From NCBI GenBank assembly GCA_051453625.1, contig JBOZIK010000001.1, positions 46,241,276 through 46,303,711 of the forward strand: 62,436 nt of DNA, written 5' to 3'. The translations under genes were made by a program, and so were the position numbers. The DNA comes from Welwitschia mirabilis. Taxonomy: Eukaryota. Under the pieces are notes generated by a model, which was not told where the DNA came from, made no database searches, and saw only the letters and a program-made list of their open reading frames with translations. This document shows positions 28,201-41,082 of this stretch, in pieces; position 1 is the first letter of the stretch, and every line of letters starts with the position of its first letter.

Positions 28201-29560
28201 TTAAAGTTCCAAGTCGATTTTGTTTTGAGCAATGGAGCATAAATTTTGGAAAAAATCTAAGTTATTAATTTTAGGAGAGTGTGAGGTAGATTCTTGATTT
28301 TTAAAAAGGCTTTCTATCTTCTGCACATATTCTATTCCTACATCATTTGATGATAACTTTATGGCATTACAAACATTTAATTTATGGTTATATTACTGAA
28401 GAAAATTTTTGTCAACCCATTCCTACAATTAATTAGAGCATTTGAGGTGGTTAGGAAAGGTCTTTCTAAAATGACAGACACTAATTATTTTGATGTGTCT
28501 TCCATGTCAAAGACTACAACTCCACTGGGAATAACTATCAACCCTAACAATGGCATCCTTTATGACTCCTAATGGCATTTTTCTAGAATTATTAGCTAAC
28601 TTGAGTTAGAGTTTTGTATTCTTAAGCCTTTCCAAGCCTTACTCTTTGTAGGTTACATAGGGAAACAATTTCACATTGGATGCTATGTTTAATAAGGGTT
28701 AGTTAAGTCACTTATTGCCTATGATGATTGTGATTGTTGGGCATCTAGGATCATTGAACTTTGGTGGAAAGTGATTATGAAGGATTGCACTCATTTCTGT
28801 GCTAAGAAGGCTTTGCTTTTCACATTCATTTGTCTTTTCATAATGCACATGTCTTTATAGAATTTCATATAGGAAGGTACATGCTTAATGGATTCTAGAA
28901 GAGGGATGTTTACCTTAACTTCCTTGAAAATTTCTAGAGCATGTAAGTTATTGGGGAAAAGATAAGGGTTCTTTGTATATAGGCAGAGGTTTTTCATTCC
29001 TATCCTTTTCTTTATGTTCTATGGGGATTAGTTTTTTGTTGATTTTATTTTGCATGGATGGATTTTCTAATTCTTTTCTACTCCTAAGGCGTATGGACTT
29101 AGTTTCTTTTGAGTATTCTATACCTTTACTGTAACACCCCAACTTTAATTACCCTAATTAACCATAATATTTTTTTTTTTTATAGTTATTAACTATCATG
29201 CACNNNNNNNNNNNNNNNNNNNNNNNNNNNNNNNNNNNNNNNNNNNNNNNNNNNNNNNNNNNNNNNNNNNNNNNNNNNNNNNNNNNNNNNNNNNNNNNNN
29301 NNNATTATGATCAGTAAAGAGGTTCATATTGTTGTGAATTAATCTCCCAGACTCATTATGGGTCTCATGCATATAAGAAAAGGTTTAGGATAGTTTCATG
29401 CAAGTTTCAGGCTGGTTTTTCACAGAGCCTACAAGATAGAATGGGTTCTAGGTCTACACAGAAGATTTAGGTAAAAACACAGAGTGTTCTAGGCATAGAA
29501 GGTGGTGGCATCGGTGAGGTAAGGAGACAACAATTCTTTGCCTATCAATTACCATAACAG
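25290..29560 (-). pseudogene. pol: gag-pol pseudogene of Athila B
   Basis: IRLRSRKEL, EIFKEVKVNIPLLESIK, WRMCIDYKKLN, RKDHFHLPF, FLDGY, MPFGLCNAHATFQHCM, HYHSEACG...CKSCNNCQK, LVLLYNS...WKGLF. Confidence 0.93.
29130..29203. mobile_element. Terminus of a Del/Tekay-like LTR inserted into Athila B gag; the rest lies in gap 29204-29303
   Basis: TGTAACACCCC begins abruptly within the gag reading frame and resembles TGTAATACCCC at 21501. Confidence 0.6.
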
Positions 29561-30032
29561 TTTTGCAATAAAATAAAACCAAAACTAAAAACATGAGCAA
29601 AGTCAAACCCAAATGTTAATGAAATAATGAAAATTTTTTAGAGATTTTAATTTTTAACACACAAAAAAATCACAAAAACTAAAACACTAAATTAAAAGTG
29701 TAGCAGGTAAAGGGAAGCACACAACGTCAATTAAAAATTTTAGCTTTTAGTTTTTACTCTTTAAAGCTACCTATAAACAAAACATTAGACCTACACAAAA
29801 CAAGTTAGAATAAAATCAAAAACAAACTTAAAACAAGTTAGACCAGTTCGAGTTTCACTAGAATGACTAGTATCAATATTGGAAGAAAAACTAGCACATA
29901 AAACAAAAGAAAAAATACCACTTTGGGTATCACTAGAGAAGACTAGTAGCCATCATTGGAAAAGTCAAAACCATTTATAAAAACTTACAAAAAGAAAAGT
30001 AAATGCTCTTCTGAGCTACTACCATGCCATTA

Positions 30033-30050
30033 TCCCTAGCAATGATGCCA
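30033..30050 (-). promoter_or_regulatory. Decayed Athila PBS (tRNA-Asp type)
   Basis: TGGCATCATTGCTAGGGA differs from the Athila-type TGGCGCCGTTGCCGGGGA only by C>T and G>A transitions. Confidence 0.8.
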
Positions 30051-30053
30051 AAA

Positions 30054-31363
30054 TAATTTTGTTATTTTATAATGTCTCAATTTAAGACTAAATTTGCACT
30101 TAGTCATTGTTCTTTCTTCAGGGATAACATCAGTAGTGGCTTAGAATTTGCATTAACTTTCAACTTAATGCAAGTAAAAAATTTTAAGAAAAGAAAGAAG
30201 GGAAGAAAAGGGAGTTGATGAATTTGATTTGAAACTTTAACTTCACAGAGGGAAGAAGCAAGCTAACTCTAAGGTATCACCGATTCGTTCTCAAGTAATC
30301 CTTCACTTGAATGTTACCTAATGCTTTTATTGCAACACACTTAAAACCATTGAGTGTTTTGGCTCAAATCATAGTAACATAGTCTCATTTACCATATGAG
30401 TGATAGTGAACTTAATTATCACTTGATCTTCCAAGCCTTAAAATAATAATGGAAGGTAAGGACCCTGATACTTAAAATCCATAAAATTAAAATACTTAAT
30501 TTAAGAATTAAAAGAGCTCACTCAAATTCGATAAAGCTTAATTATTAAGTTGCTTCCTAAACATTCTAAATATAAAGTGACTCATGATTTGAAATAAAAG
30601 GCAAACAACTTATGTATTAAAGAAATAACACTTTATAATAAAGAAACGAGGATGTTGTAAATGCCTCGAGCGATCCTGAAGACTAGCTCACTCCCCAAAG
30701 CGTTTCTTAAAAATCCATTTCAATTGACACTTCCACAAGTCTCCCAAAGCCAAAGATAAGACAATGAAGGGTTCAAGGCCCTTTTACAGGCGGAGATGGG
30801 GATGAGGGGTGGTTACAAGCCCTTGGCTTATAGCGGTAGGTGGACAGTTACATAATCATGACAGTAGGTAGGGTGGTTTGTCATGTTATACAATTGGTAG
30901 AGATTCTCATAATGACACCAACACTTAGCTCCTAGATGTTGATACTGCTATTAACCATTGTCATAACCGTGTGTCTCCACCATCATCCTACTTAGGAATG
31001 CCACATATCACTCTGCGAGTCCTTATCATTACCACCATGCATCGTCAATGATGCAAGCTAATTTTTATGTGGAATTAGATTTAGCCCATAATTGCATTTG
31101 TTTTGGATCTCTATGAAAAGCCATGAATGTGATTTTGAAGGGATTTTAGGCAAAAAGACCAGCGACACTGGTGGAGCTAGACAACAATGCCAATGTTTTA
31201 ACTGTAATGATTTTCATTTTAAGCAATGTCCTTTAATTTAAAATAAGTACCCTGAAAATGTTAAGGGAAACCGGTAAATTCATAATTAATGTGAAAATCA
31301 ATATAAGCCAATTTTATGATAAAATCAATTATATTAATGTCTTCCATTATGATTAATTAATCA
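30054..31363 (-). repeat. 5' LTR of Athila B (~1.3 kb)
   Basis: Begins TGATTAATTAATCA on the minus strand at 31363 and ends 3 nt before the PBS. Confidence 0.7.
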
Positions 31364-31995
31364 TTTAACTTGATGGTAATGTCGATTTTTACAGGTTAAC
31401 TTCAGTGTTAAGACAAAATAGGATATAAGGACATAAAGGTAATACCTCATCTTCGTAACCCAACTTAGGAGCCAAGTCATGTGTGGAAATCCGAAACAAA
31501 ACTCTATAGAAGGGCTTAAGTTTATATGTAGGAATGTTGACCCTCCAAGGTACTTGTGCCTCAAATAATTCATCTATCAGGACATCCTTTGAAATTGCTT
31601 CATGTAATGATCTAGCACAAGTTATTTCACGAAACCTAACTTTATTAGGTACCTAGTGACTAGAGAAATAGCTTCCAAGCCCACATCTATCTCTTTATCA
31701 AAAACATTTGTAGAAATTCTCCAATGTACTGGGTCAAAAATTGCATTACAATAAAAGATCCTTATCATTTTGGTAAAAGCTCTCATATCAGGACCCAAAA
31801 GCCTTGTTCTTCAACTTTGTGAGCTATCTTAACCTCATGCCTAAAGAATTCAAAATCTATTCTTTTTTTAAGAGATAGAGGCCTCTTTGATAAGTAATTA
31901 CACTATAGCTTCATATACTCTGCAGATTAGAACCATTCTTCTTCTGATGCTAGCTCTTTCCCTTTCTTGGAGGCAGTAAGCTTAGATTTGACCAT
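31364..31995 (-). pseudogene. Accessory ('env-like') ORF of Sirevirus A, truncated by Athila B
   Basis: Begins MVKSKLTASKKGKELA and contains KRPLSLKKRIDF. Homologous to the ORF at 59695+ (SRKGQEP, KRPLASERQIDF). Confidence 0.7.
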
Positions 31996-32359
31996 GATAG
32001 AAGCCAAACAAAGTGCTCAAGAGAAGAGTTCTATAAAGGAAGAAAGTTTGTGTAAGAAATGAGGAGAAAATGAAGTTGGAGGGGTTTTAAAAACAAAGGA
32101 AGAAAGCATGCGTCCATGCGAATTTGCTTCCATGGACAAGAGTAGACATCCGGGGTTGGGAACCAAGACCTCTGGGTTTTAAAATTTCAGTTTTGCATAA
32201 ATTTCAAAAATAAAACATCTGCAAAAATTATTTGGGATGTCCAACTTGTAAAAACCCAAAGAACAAGCTAGGACACCCAAGTAAAAGACCAGGATATCCA
32301 AAAGAGGAGATGATGAAAAAGGAAGGTATAATTCAAGAATTTTGAGGATGATTTTTAAA

Positions 32360-35300
32360 AGATGATGACAAATTTGAGGAGCATGTAGTATACCTAGATT
32401 CTTTCTAAGATAGATAAACCTTTCCTCATTTAATCCTTTGGTCATAATATCAGTGATCTGATCTTAAATAAGGACATACTCTATAGTGTAATAATGTTAT
32501 TTTGGAATTTCTCTTGAATAGAATGATCTCGAATAGCTATGTGTTTTGTCCTTGAATGTTGAACAAGGTTTTTTTTGATACTGGTTGTACTCATATTGTC
32601 ACAATACAGTTTGATTGAATTCAATTTCACTCCAAAATCTTGATACTGGTTGTACTCGTATTGTCACAATACAGTTTGATTAAATTCAATTTTACTCCAA
32701 AATCTATCAACATTTGTTTCATCCATAAGAGTTAAAGTACAACAAGCGCTAGCTACAATGTATTCAGCTTCCGCTGCAGATAGAAATGTTGAATTTTGTT
32801 TTTTGCTTAACCAGAATACTAAACAATTTCCTACATAGAAACAAACATACTCGTACTTTTGTGATCATCTACACATCTACCCTTATCAACATCACTATAC
32901 CCAACTAGATCTAGTGAAGTGTCATATGAATACTAAAGATCATGATGTTGAATCATGTTAAGATATCAAAAGATTTGTTTTACAAACATTAGGTGGGATT
33001 TTCTTGGATCAGATTGATATCTTGCACATATTCCAATGCTATAAGCAATGTTAAGGCTGCTAGTGATAACATACAAGAAACTACAATCAATGCTCTATAC
33101 AATTTTTCATCCACCTTCTTTCCTATCTCATCTTTGCAGATCTCAATATTAGTTGGTAAGGGTGTCTTAGCATCTTCTGCATCTCTCATCTCATACTTAT
33201 GTAGGACCTATTGAATGTATTCTGATTAACAGATGAAGATTCCATATGGAGTTTGCTTAATCTAAAGTCCTAGAAAGAAATTGTCTTCCCCCACCAAATC
33301 CATTTCAAACTCATTTTGCATTACTTAAGCAAAATTTAAGGCAAGAGATTCTTTTGTAGATCCAAATACAATATCATCAATATATATTTAAGTAATGTGG
33401 ATATCTTTAATTTTATGTTTGATAAATAAAGTGGGATCAACATTGCCTTTTACAAAGTTGTTCTATCAGACCAAGCTCTTGGAACTCGTTTTAGACCATA
33501 CAGTGCCTTATTCAAGTTAAAAACATGATTAGGGAATTTTGAGTCTATGAAACCAGTTGAGCAACATAAACTTTTTCATTTATAAATCCATTCAGAAATG
33601 CACTTTTCGCATCCATTTGATACAGTTTCATCTTATGACAACTTGCAAAGGCTAATACCATCCTAATTGCTTCTAGTCTAGCCACTATAAAGAAAGTTTC
33701 ACTATACCGATACCTCCTTGTTGGCTATATTCTTTAACAACTAATTTGGCCTTGTTATAAATTACATTGTGATCCTCATCCTTCTTATTCTTAAAAACCC
33801 ATTTTGTTCCAATTATGTGCTTTCCTTTAGGAGGAGGAACAAGATTTCAAACTTTGTTTCATTCAAACTATTTAAGTTCTAGTTGCATTGCTAACATCCA
33901 AGCATTATCATGCTCTTCTTCTTAGAAAATTTTAAGTTTTAGAGGAGACAAAACACAGGAAACTATTACTTATACTTTTTCTACTTCTAGTGGTTGTCCC
34001 TTGATCTAGATTANNNNNNNNNNNNNNNNNNNNNNNNNNNNNNNNNNNNNNNNNNNNNNNNNNNNNNNNNNNNNNNNNNNNNNNNNNNNNNNNNNNNNNN
34101 NNNNNNNNNNNNNCGAGTGGTTGTCCCTTGATCTAGATTACTTACAAAGTTGGATTAAGTGTGATCTTTTTTAATTCTAAGAGGAAGAGATAAGCATTTT
34201 TCTGTATTGCTTATTTCACTCGTACTTGGAGTTGAAGAAGTATTAAGACTTAAATTAGAGAAGGAATGATGTCATCATCATTTCTAATCTCTTTAATCAT
34301 GTCATCTTTTGTGTCCTCCACCTTTACATGAACAAATTCCTCAACTTCGCATGAGGACTTGTTATACACTCTGTACCCCTTGATGGTTATTGAGTAGCCC
34401 AAGAAAATCCCTTTAGTAGTTGTAGATTCAAGTTCACTTACTGTCTCTTTATACTTCAAAATAAAATATTTACTACCAAACACTCTGAAAAAACTAATAG
34501 TAGACTCTCTTCCACTCTACAATTCTTAAGTACTTCTATTATTCCTGGCCGTAAGAAGACTCTGTTACCTATGTAGAATGCACTGTTTACTGCTTTAGCC
34601 CAAAAATGTTGTGGAAGATCTTGGTTATTTAGCATTATTCTTGTCATCTTAATGAGAACTCTATTCTTTCATTCAAAAACTCCACTTTGTTGAGAAGTCC
34701 TAGGAGCTAATAGTTGATGAACTAGTCCATTTGAGTCATAATATCTTTTAAATTTTTCATTTACAAACTCTCCTCCTCTATCTGATCTAATTATCTTAAC
34801 AGTGTACCTTTTTTCATTTTGAATCCTTTTACAACTTTGATAAATATTTCAAATACACCATCCTCAGAAGAGAGAAATGAAACCCAATTATACCTTGAAA
34901 ATCATGCACCATTACAAGGAAATATTTTCTTCCTCTTGTACTTCTAGTTTTTATTGGTCACTCTAAATCCGTATTAATTAGATCTAATAGTCTAACAAAA
35001 AATGTCTCTATTTCACTTTTGAAGGATGGCTTAGTGAGCTTACCTTTCATACAAGAATCACAAATTTTAGCATCATAAACATCTAGTTTAAGGACTCCTC
35101 TTACTATTTCATTAGTGGAGATATTCTTTAAATCCTTGAGATTCATATGGCCTAATCTCCTATGCTATAGGTTTACTTCTTATTCTTTGGCTATATTATA
35201 TTTTTCTCCCTATTTTTCATCATGGTATAGCACATACATACACTTGGACCTGTTGCTTGTGAGAATAATAGTATTAGAGGAAGCATTTCAAACAATACAT

Positions 35301-37235
35301 TTGTCTTTGTAAAATGACACAACATTTCCTCTCTCACATATTTGAGATATACTAAGTAGGTTGTGATTTAACCCATATACTAGGTACACATCATTAATAG
35401 TTGGATGATTTTTGTTAGCTGACATGAATCCTTTACCAATTATATGCCCTTTACTCTTGTCTTTAATGATTACTTCACCACCATCATATTATTGAAAAGA
35501 AGAGAGCAAACTTCTACTAGTCATGTACCTAGAAATATCACTATCTAGGTACCATTTTGAATTTTCTTGGGCTCTAAGAGTAGCATGGGCAGTTAAGGAT
35601 ATACATGTGGTTTTTCTTACCCATTGCACATTGTTTTTCTTAGGTTGATGGTTATCTACTTTTTGATGAACCTTATCTTATTGTTGAACCCAAAATAAAA
35701 AGATATCTTATAGGAACATAAGAATTGAATGTGTTTAAATTTGTTGCAATAATGGAATCTCAAACTTATTTTACTGAAGCATTGATATTTAACACTTGGA
35801 ATAAAGTTTGAATGGAGAGAATTCACATTATTGGAACTACCTACTCCATATTTATCATATGGGTTACACCGGATTCCTAAATGTTTGTTTATCTTTCCCT
35901 TGTGTTAAGCGACAAGTAATAAATTTTACATCTTTAAGATCCTTTGTTATGATTCTATTTTGTTATTGGCTTCTTTCACCTCAGTTTCCAAGTTTTTGAC
36001 AGTTTTCTTATAAGTAGTGTTTTTCTTTCCTACGTCTATACTAATCACATACAATTTTTCATAAGCATTTAGTGGCTCATCGTATTCTAAGTTGAGATAA
36101 ACATAATCTTGAAAATCATTTTTAAATGAATTATGTTCATTTTCTAAAGAGGAGCTAGTAGTAGTAAATCAACAATAAGTTGGGGTACTTACCTCATCTG
36201 CTACCGCCAGTAGACCAAAGCCCATGACGACTCCTTCATGGCTTAAAGTTGCATTGTCTTTGTCTGAGTCATTGTCCCATGTTGCCTTTCGCACCTTATT
36301 TCCTTTTTCTTTTGTTCTTTTGTCCTCCTTTTTGTTTGCACATTCTGAAGCTACATGAGTAAAGCCTTTACATTCATAACACTGAATAGAGAAAGATTTT
36401 TACTTTTATCACTTCCATGGTTGAATGATCTCCTTGCATTCCTTCCTTCTTTTCTTTTCCTGAGAAAGCATTTGAAGTTCTTTATTAATAATTCAAAGTC
36501 TGAATCTTCTTCTTCATCACTCGAGGGTTCTCTTCTTCACAAGATTTGAGAGTTACACTACTCTTCTTTTGTGTTTCATCCTCGGGTAGAATTGTAGCTT
36601 TGTATACCATCAAAAAACCTTTTAGTTCCTCTATTCTCATCTAATCAAATGTTTTTTTTCTTTCTTCAATTGCTATAATTTTTTATCTAAATTTAGGAGT
36701 AAGGCTTTTGAGAATCTTTTGAACTACTTTATTTTCAGGCACCCTTTCTCCAAGTCCTCACATATTGTTGATTATGTTGCTAATCTTAGTATTCGGAAAT
36801 AGACTTGAACTCCCATCTTGATATTCACAAACTTAGTTGCAAGAAGTTGTAGCTTAGTAATTTTTACAATGTTCATTCGTTCATGGGAATCTTGAGAGTT
36901 TTCCACATGTCTTTTGTTGTAGTGCACTAAACTATTCTATCATATTCCTTAGTAAATAATGAACAAATGATTACGTTCATTGTCCATGCATTAAGTGGGG
37001 CCTTCCATTTGTCATTAGGATTCCGTCCACTTTTAGTTTCAAGATAGAATTATCGTCGCCGTCCAAAGCTGTAGGAAGTTGATATCCACTCAAAATGGTT
37101 TCCCAAAAACTAGCTCAAGAGAGGTCAAAAAGATTGTCATCTTGGACCTCCAATAAGCATAATTTGTTTCATTGAAGAATGGTAGTCTGGTGATAGGCTA
37201 GTCTTCTAGATACCCTTGAAAACCTGAGGATGTCA
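32360..37235 (-). pseudogene. pol: gag-pol pseudogene of Sirevirus A
   Basis: WYLDSDISRYMT (protease, ~35520-35555), CDSCMKGKLTK, PQHFWAKAVNSA and GIFLGYS..KGYRVYN (integrase), IYIDDIVFGS (RT, ~33360-33388), HSRTKHIAIRDH (RNase H, ~32525-32558). Confidence 0.93.
32576..32705. repeat. 65-bp direct tandem duplication in the RNase H coding region
   Basis: 32576-32640 and 32641-32705 differ at about 3 positions. Confidence 0.93.
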
Positions 37236-37286
37236 TAAACTCCAGACCTAAAAACATGGATTATCAAATAAATCTAAAACAATTAG

Positions 37287-37298
37287 GCTCTGATACCA
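37287..37298 (-). promoter_or_regulatory. PBS (tRNA-iMet) of Sirevirus A
   Basis: GCTCTGATACCA, the reverse complement of TGGTATCAGAGC, lies 2 nt from the LTR. Confidence 0.95.
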
Positions 37299-37300
37299 AT

Positions 37301-38402
37301 TGTTAAAATCGGAATGGCACCCTAGAAGGGGAATAAACAGGGTATTGACAATTTTGTAAGAAAAATATTTGATAACTATAATATTTGATAACTATAATAA
37401 TAACAATCTTAAGAAATTAAACAAGCTCAAAGAAGATGAAAGAACACACAATAAAAAACATGATTGATTTATAGTGGTTCGGCAAAGTGCCTATTTCACT
37501 CTCAGGAGGCAACAATAGCCTTCAACCTCCTAGTTCCCTTGGCTCTTTTCTTCACAAAACTTATAATCATCTTCTTCTAAAGTCTCTTTAATACTTCCAG
37601 CACCCTTCATAAGGGTCTTAATGCTTTCATAGCAAACTCACAAATAGCACAATATAATAGCTCTAATCTGATATGGGTTCTGATGGAATGTATACCTAAC
37701 TTGCATCAATCATCATCTTCTATAATTGAATGCTTCTTAAGGAGCTGATGTCTCAATAAGATACAAGACTACTTCATCAAAGGAATAGAACACAAGCAAG
37801 TACAATGTATACATAGTATAGAAAAAAGTTTCTCAAAGGTTAAAAGCCTAGTTTCCATAGACCTGATTCCCTTTTAACATCATGAGACCAAAAACTAGCT
37901 GTTGTAGCTTCGTGTAAATTGCCCTTTTGCTTTGGCTGATGTGCTAGGTGAATGTTTTAACCATTTGCCCCTTAATTTGCTAAATCTAATGCTTCCAATA
38001 GTCAAACTTCTGCTTCAACATTCACCAACCTAGACATCCCATTCCAAAAGTCCAGGAGTCTTGATTTTAATCACATTTTCTATAATCACATTTTCTATCC
38101 CAACTAAGAAGAAGACCCAACGTCCCATTTCCACAGGTCGGACTTCCCTTCTTTCAAAAATCTATATATAGGCTTGGACGACAAAGAGAACATGGGTCGC
38201 TCAAATAAGCCCAAATGTCTCAACAAAATAGGTCGGATGTTCTAATATGAAACTACTGCAAATAGGCTGGACATCCTCATATAAAATGTTATGCACAGAT
38301 CTAGACATCCTCGAGAGTAATGCTGGACATTCCATGATTTTAACTAACTCAAATCAGAATGTGTGAGATCCAAGACCATCATTGAAATGCTTTTCTTTAA
38401 CA
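37301..38402 (-). repeat. 5' LTR of Sirevirus A (1102 bp)
   Basis: TGTTAA...TTAACA inverted termini, an adjacent PBS and TSD, and decayed GGACGTCC motifs at ~38030-38330. Confidence 0.92.
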
Positions 38403-39230
38403 CCACCAAATGAGTTATATTCAATTAAATCTATATGCATTTTTAAAAAAATGGGAACTAGATCTTATGGGACCAATCAATCCACCTTCATTCAAATTGG
38501 ATATTTTCATTTTAACTGCAATAGAATACTTTTCACAATGGGTCGAAGAGATTTCGTTAGGTAAAATCAATAAAAAGAAAATCCAAAAATTTAGTCTAAA
38601 AAACATCATCGCAAGAATTGCGATTCCTATAGCTTAATCATTAATAAAAATCCTCAATTTAAATCAATTTCTATAAAAATTCAATATTAAACATTCATTG
38701 TCTTCTCTTCAATACTTGCAAGTGAACGATCGATTTAAACTACTAAGAAAATCATAATCAATCTTTTGAAAAAAAAAGACTCATCCAATGAAAAAAGAAG
38801 TCATGGCATCAAAAATTAATTTGCACTCTTTAAATATTTCAAACAACAATAAAAATAGCCACTACATCAACATCATACAAATTAATTTATGGATGTGAAA
38901 TGATCCTCCCTATGGAGATCCAAATACCCACTTTTAGGACAATTGATTAAAGATTTTAAAATTACAAATAAAGAAAAACAAGCTAGAGTAGCACAATTGA
39001 AATTATTAGATGAAAAACGCAATAAAGCCTTAAACCTCATTCAAATCTATTAGAAACAAATACGTAAACCATACAACACAAGTGTTAAAAATAGAAGATT
39101 TAATATTGGTGATCTAATTTTAAAAGTAAATTTATCTTAAAAAAGTTCAAACTTTTCCCCAAGTTGGTTATGACTTTACATAATAGCAAAGAAATATGAC
39201 AAAGGGACATATAAATTAAAAAATATTTAA
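38403..39230 (+). pseudogene. pol: Tat/Ogre-type integrase core and C-terminus (continuation of 22800-23274)
   Basis: KWELDLMGPINPPS...FILTAIEYFSQWVEEISL, LIYGCEMILPMEIQIP, RVAQLKLLDEKR, FNIGDLILK. Confidence 0.9.
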
Positions 39231-39900
39231 AACACAAAAGATCAGCACCAGCAGGCCAACCCTTAATGACGTCAACGGTCTGGTACGTGCTTCCTTTCGT
39301 CTGAATCAATAAATTCATACTACCCAAACAAATACTTTTGCTAAACTGTTATTATCTTCACACTATAATCTTACTTGTCAATAGTCTTTCTTTCTTTAAT
39401 ATATTGATCCCATTTATTTTATCATAAGAATTTCACATTCTTTTTTCTTGGTAGAACTATGAATTTTTAGGAAAGACGACAAGAAGGAATTGCGCACCCC
39501 CAAGGTATTCAAAATGTAGCCAATGGAATCATGCCCTTACTTGAAGAAATGACATCACTGAGACACTCTCAAAGACAAATCATGAATCAGAAAAGGGCAG
39601 ATAATCATAATCAATAAAATGATCAAGAAACTTTAATTCTTCATCCATTTCAACCATTAAAACGATATGGAAACGTTTGTCAAGGTCAATTTTTATAAAT
39701 TTAATTTCAGAAAAAATAACATTTGATCTACTTGAAGCACCTCCCACTGAAGACCTAGAAGAACCCGATGTTTGTGCTGTAACATGGCCTTGTCTTGCTA
39801 TAAAAATGGGTCAAACTTTGATGGAGAATTCATCGAGCATCAAACTAAATTAACTAATTCCTCAAAAATAGTAAATAAATTAAAAATAATAATACTAAAC

Positions 39901-40126
39901 AAGTCTTCAGAACTCTATCTTTAGAACATTTGTCTATAGGACTTTTTCTTCAGAAGTCCATTTGCTTCTAAAACTCCTATTTCCAAAAACATTTCATCTT
40001 CAAGAGGCCAATGCTTAGAGAGTCATTTTTAGAATTCTGTACTCAAAATTTACAATTTCCAGAATTCTAATTTTAGAATGTCGTCTTCGAAATGTCATCT
40101 CCAGAAGATTGTCTTCAAAAGTCAAG
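39901..40126 (+). repeat. Degenerate ~14-16-bp minisatellite (core TCTTCAGAA-like, ~15 units) upstream of a TATA box at ~40238; probably Tat LTR U3
   Basis: Recurring cttcagaa/ctttagaa/ttccagaa/cttcgaaa/ctccagaa/cttcaaaa, followed by TATATAAACCCC. Confidence 0.55.
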
Positions 40127-41015
40127 CCAAACTTGACTTCTAATCCGAATCTAGACTCCTCAATCCTGTTCCTACTTTTTCTTATTCGAATCTGCCTATA
40201 TCCCACTATTCTCTTAACCACCTTCACATCTTTCCTTTATATAAACCCCTTCAACACTAACAAAGTACAGCGAAGAAACAAGTCCAACTAGCGTTCTAAT
40301 CAAATCCCAAATAACCCAAAAGTTGAAATCCATCTTCTGATTCCCGAAAAGGCTCCAATTGGCTTGAAATTTTCAAGTTGTCTGTTCAAACTTAATAAAA
40401 TTGATCTTCTAATCAGTTTGAACATGCTTTGAATATTTGCTGTTTTGTTTCAAAATTTTAATTAGTTGAAAGAATCATTTAGTAGTTTGAAAATACCATT
40501 TACTCTACTCTTCTGGAAATTTTGTCTTTAGAATTTTCCAGTTTTGTTTTTTGTGTTTTCGATTCACAAGAAAGGGACTTTTTTTTATCATTTTTCTCAA
40601 ATAATCATCATTTTCTATGTTTTATTCACTGTTAAAATCTCAAGTCATTTCAAAATTGTTTAGTAATGCATTCTTTGCGAAATCACTCTGTTTTCAATTC
40701 CTGTTTTCTCAAAACACTAAGCATCATACTTTGAAAACTCAATTCAGCCATTTATTTCAATTTTGTTTCACTTTAAAGATATGGAAAATTACACTTTTTA
40801 AAGAAAAGAATTTCATTCGCATCATTTGAATTTAGTCACTAGGAACATTGATTCAAATTGTAGCAACACTTGCCTCTTTAGTGCTTCTTAGATCTTAGGC
40901 TTCAATAACTTCCTTCGTTTTCGGATATGACTTTAACCAGTTTGGCTCTCATGTGTTTTTACCTCAACTAGTCCTAGCGTCACATTTCTTAATTGGACTA
41001 GAGGGTGTTGATTTG

Positions 41016-41017
<2 letters not shown>

Positions 41018-41071
<54 letters not shown>
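41018..41071. repeat. Compound microsatellite (TC)n(AC)n
   Basis: Read directly from the sequence. Confidence 0.97.
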
Positions 41072-41072
<1 letters not shown>

Positions 41073-41082
41073 ACTGAACCAC

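Larger units (their letters stand above)
25250..31363 (-). mobile_element. Athila-type Ty3/Gypsy element B; 3' LTR not found
   Basis: 5' LTR (~30054-31363), decayed PBS and gag-pol on the minus strand, inserted in the accessory ORF of Sirevirus A. Confidence 0.88.
23275..38402 (-). mobile_element. Sirevirus (SIRE/Maximus)-type Ty1/Copia element A, with a nested Athila
   Basis: Homologous LTRs at 23275-~24200 and 37301-38402, 5-bp TSD CCACC at 23270-23274 and 38403-38407, PBS-Met at 37287-37298, and Copia domain order. Confidence 0.92.

Noticed and set aside
40820..40850. Possible LTR end and tRNA-Arg-type PBS (ATCA-TTTGAATTTAGTCACTAGGAAC)
   Set aside because: Too many mismatches to the Ogre/Tat PBS, and no gag follows.
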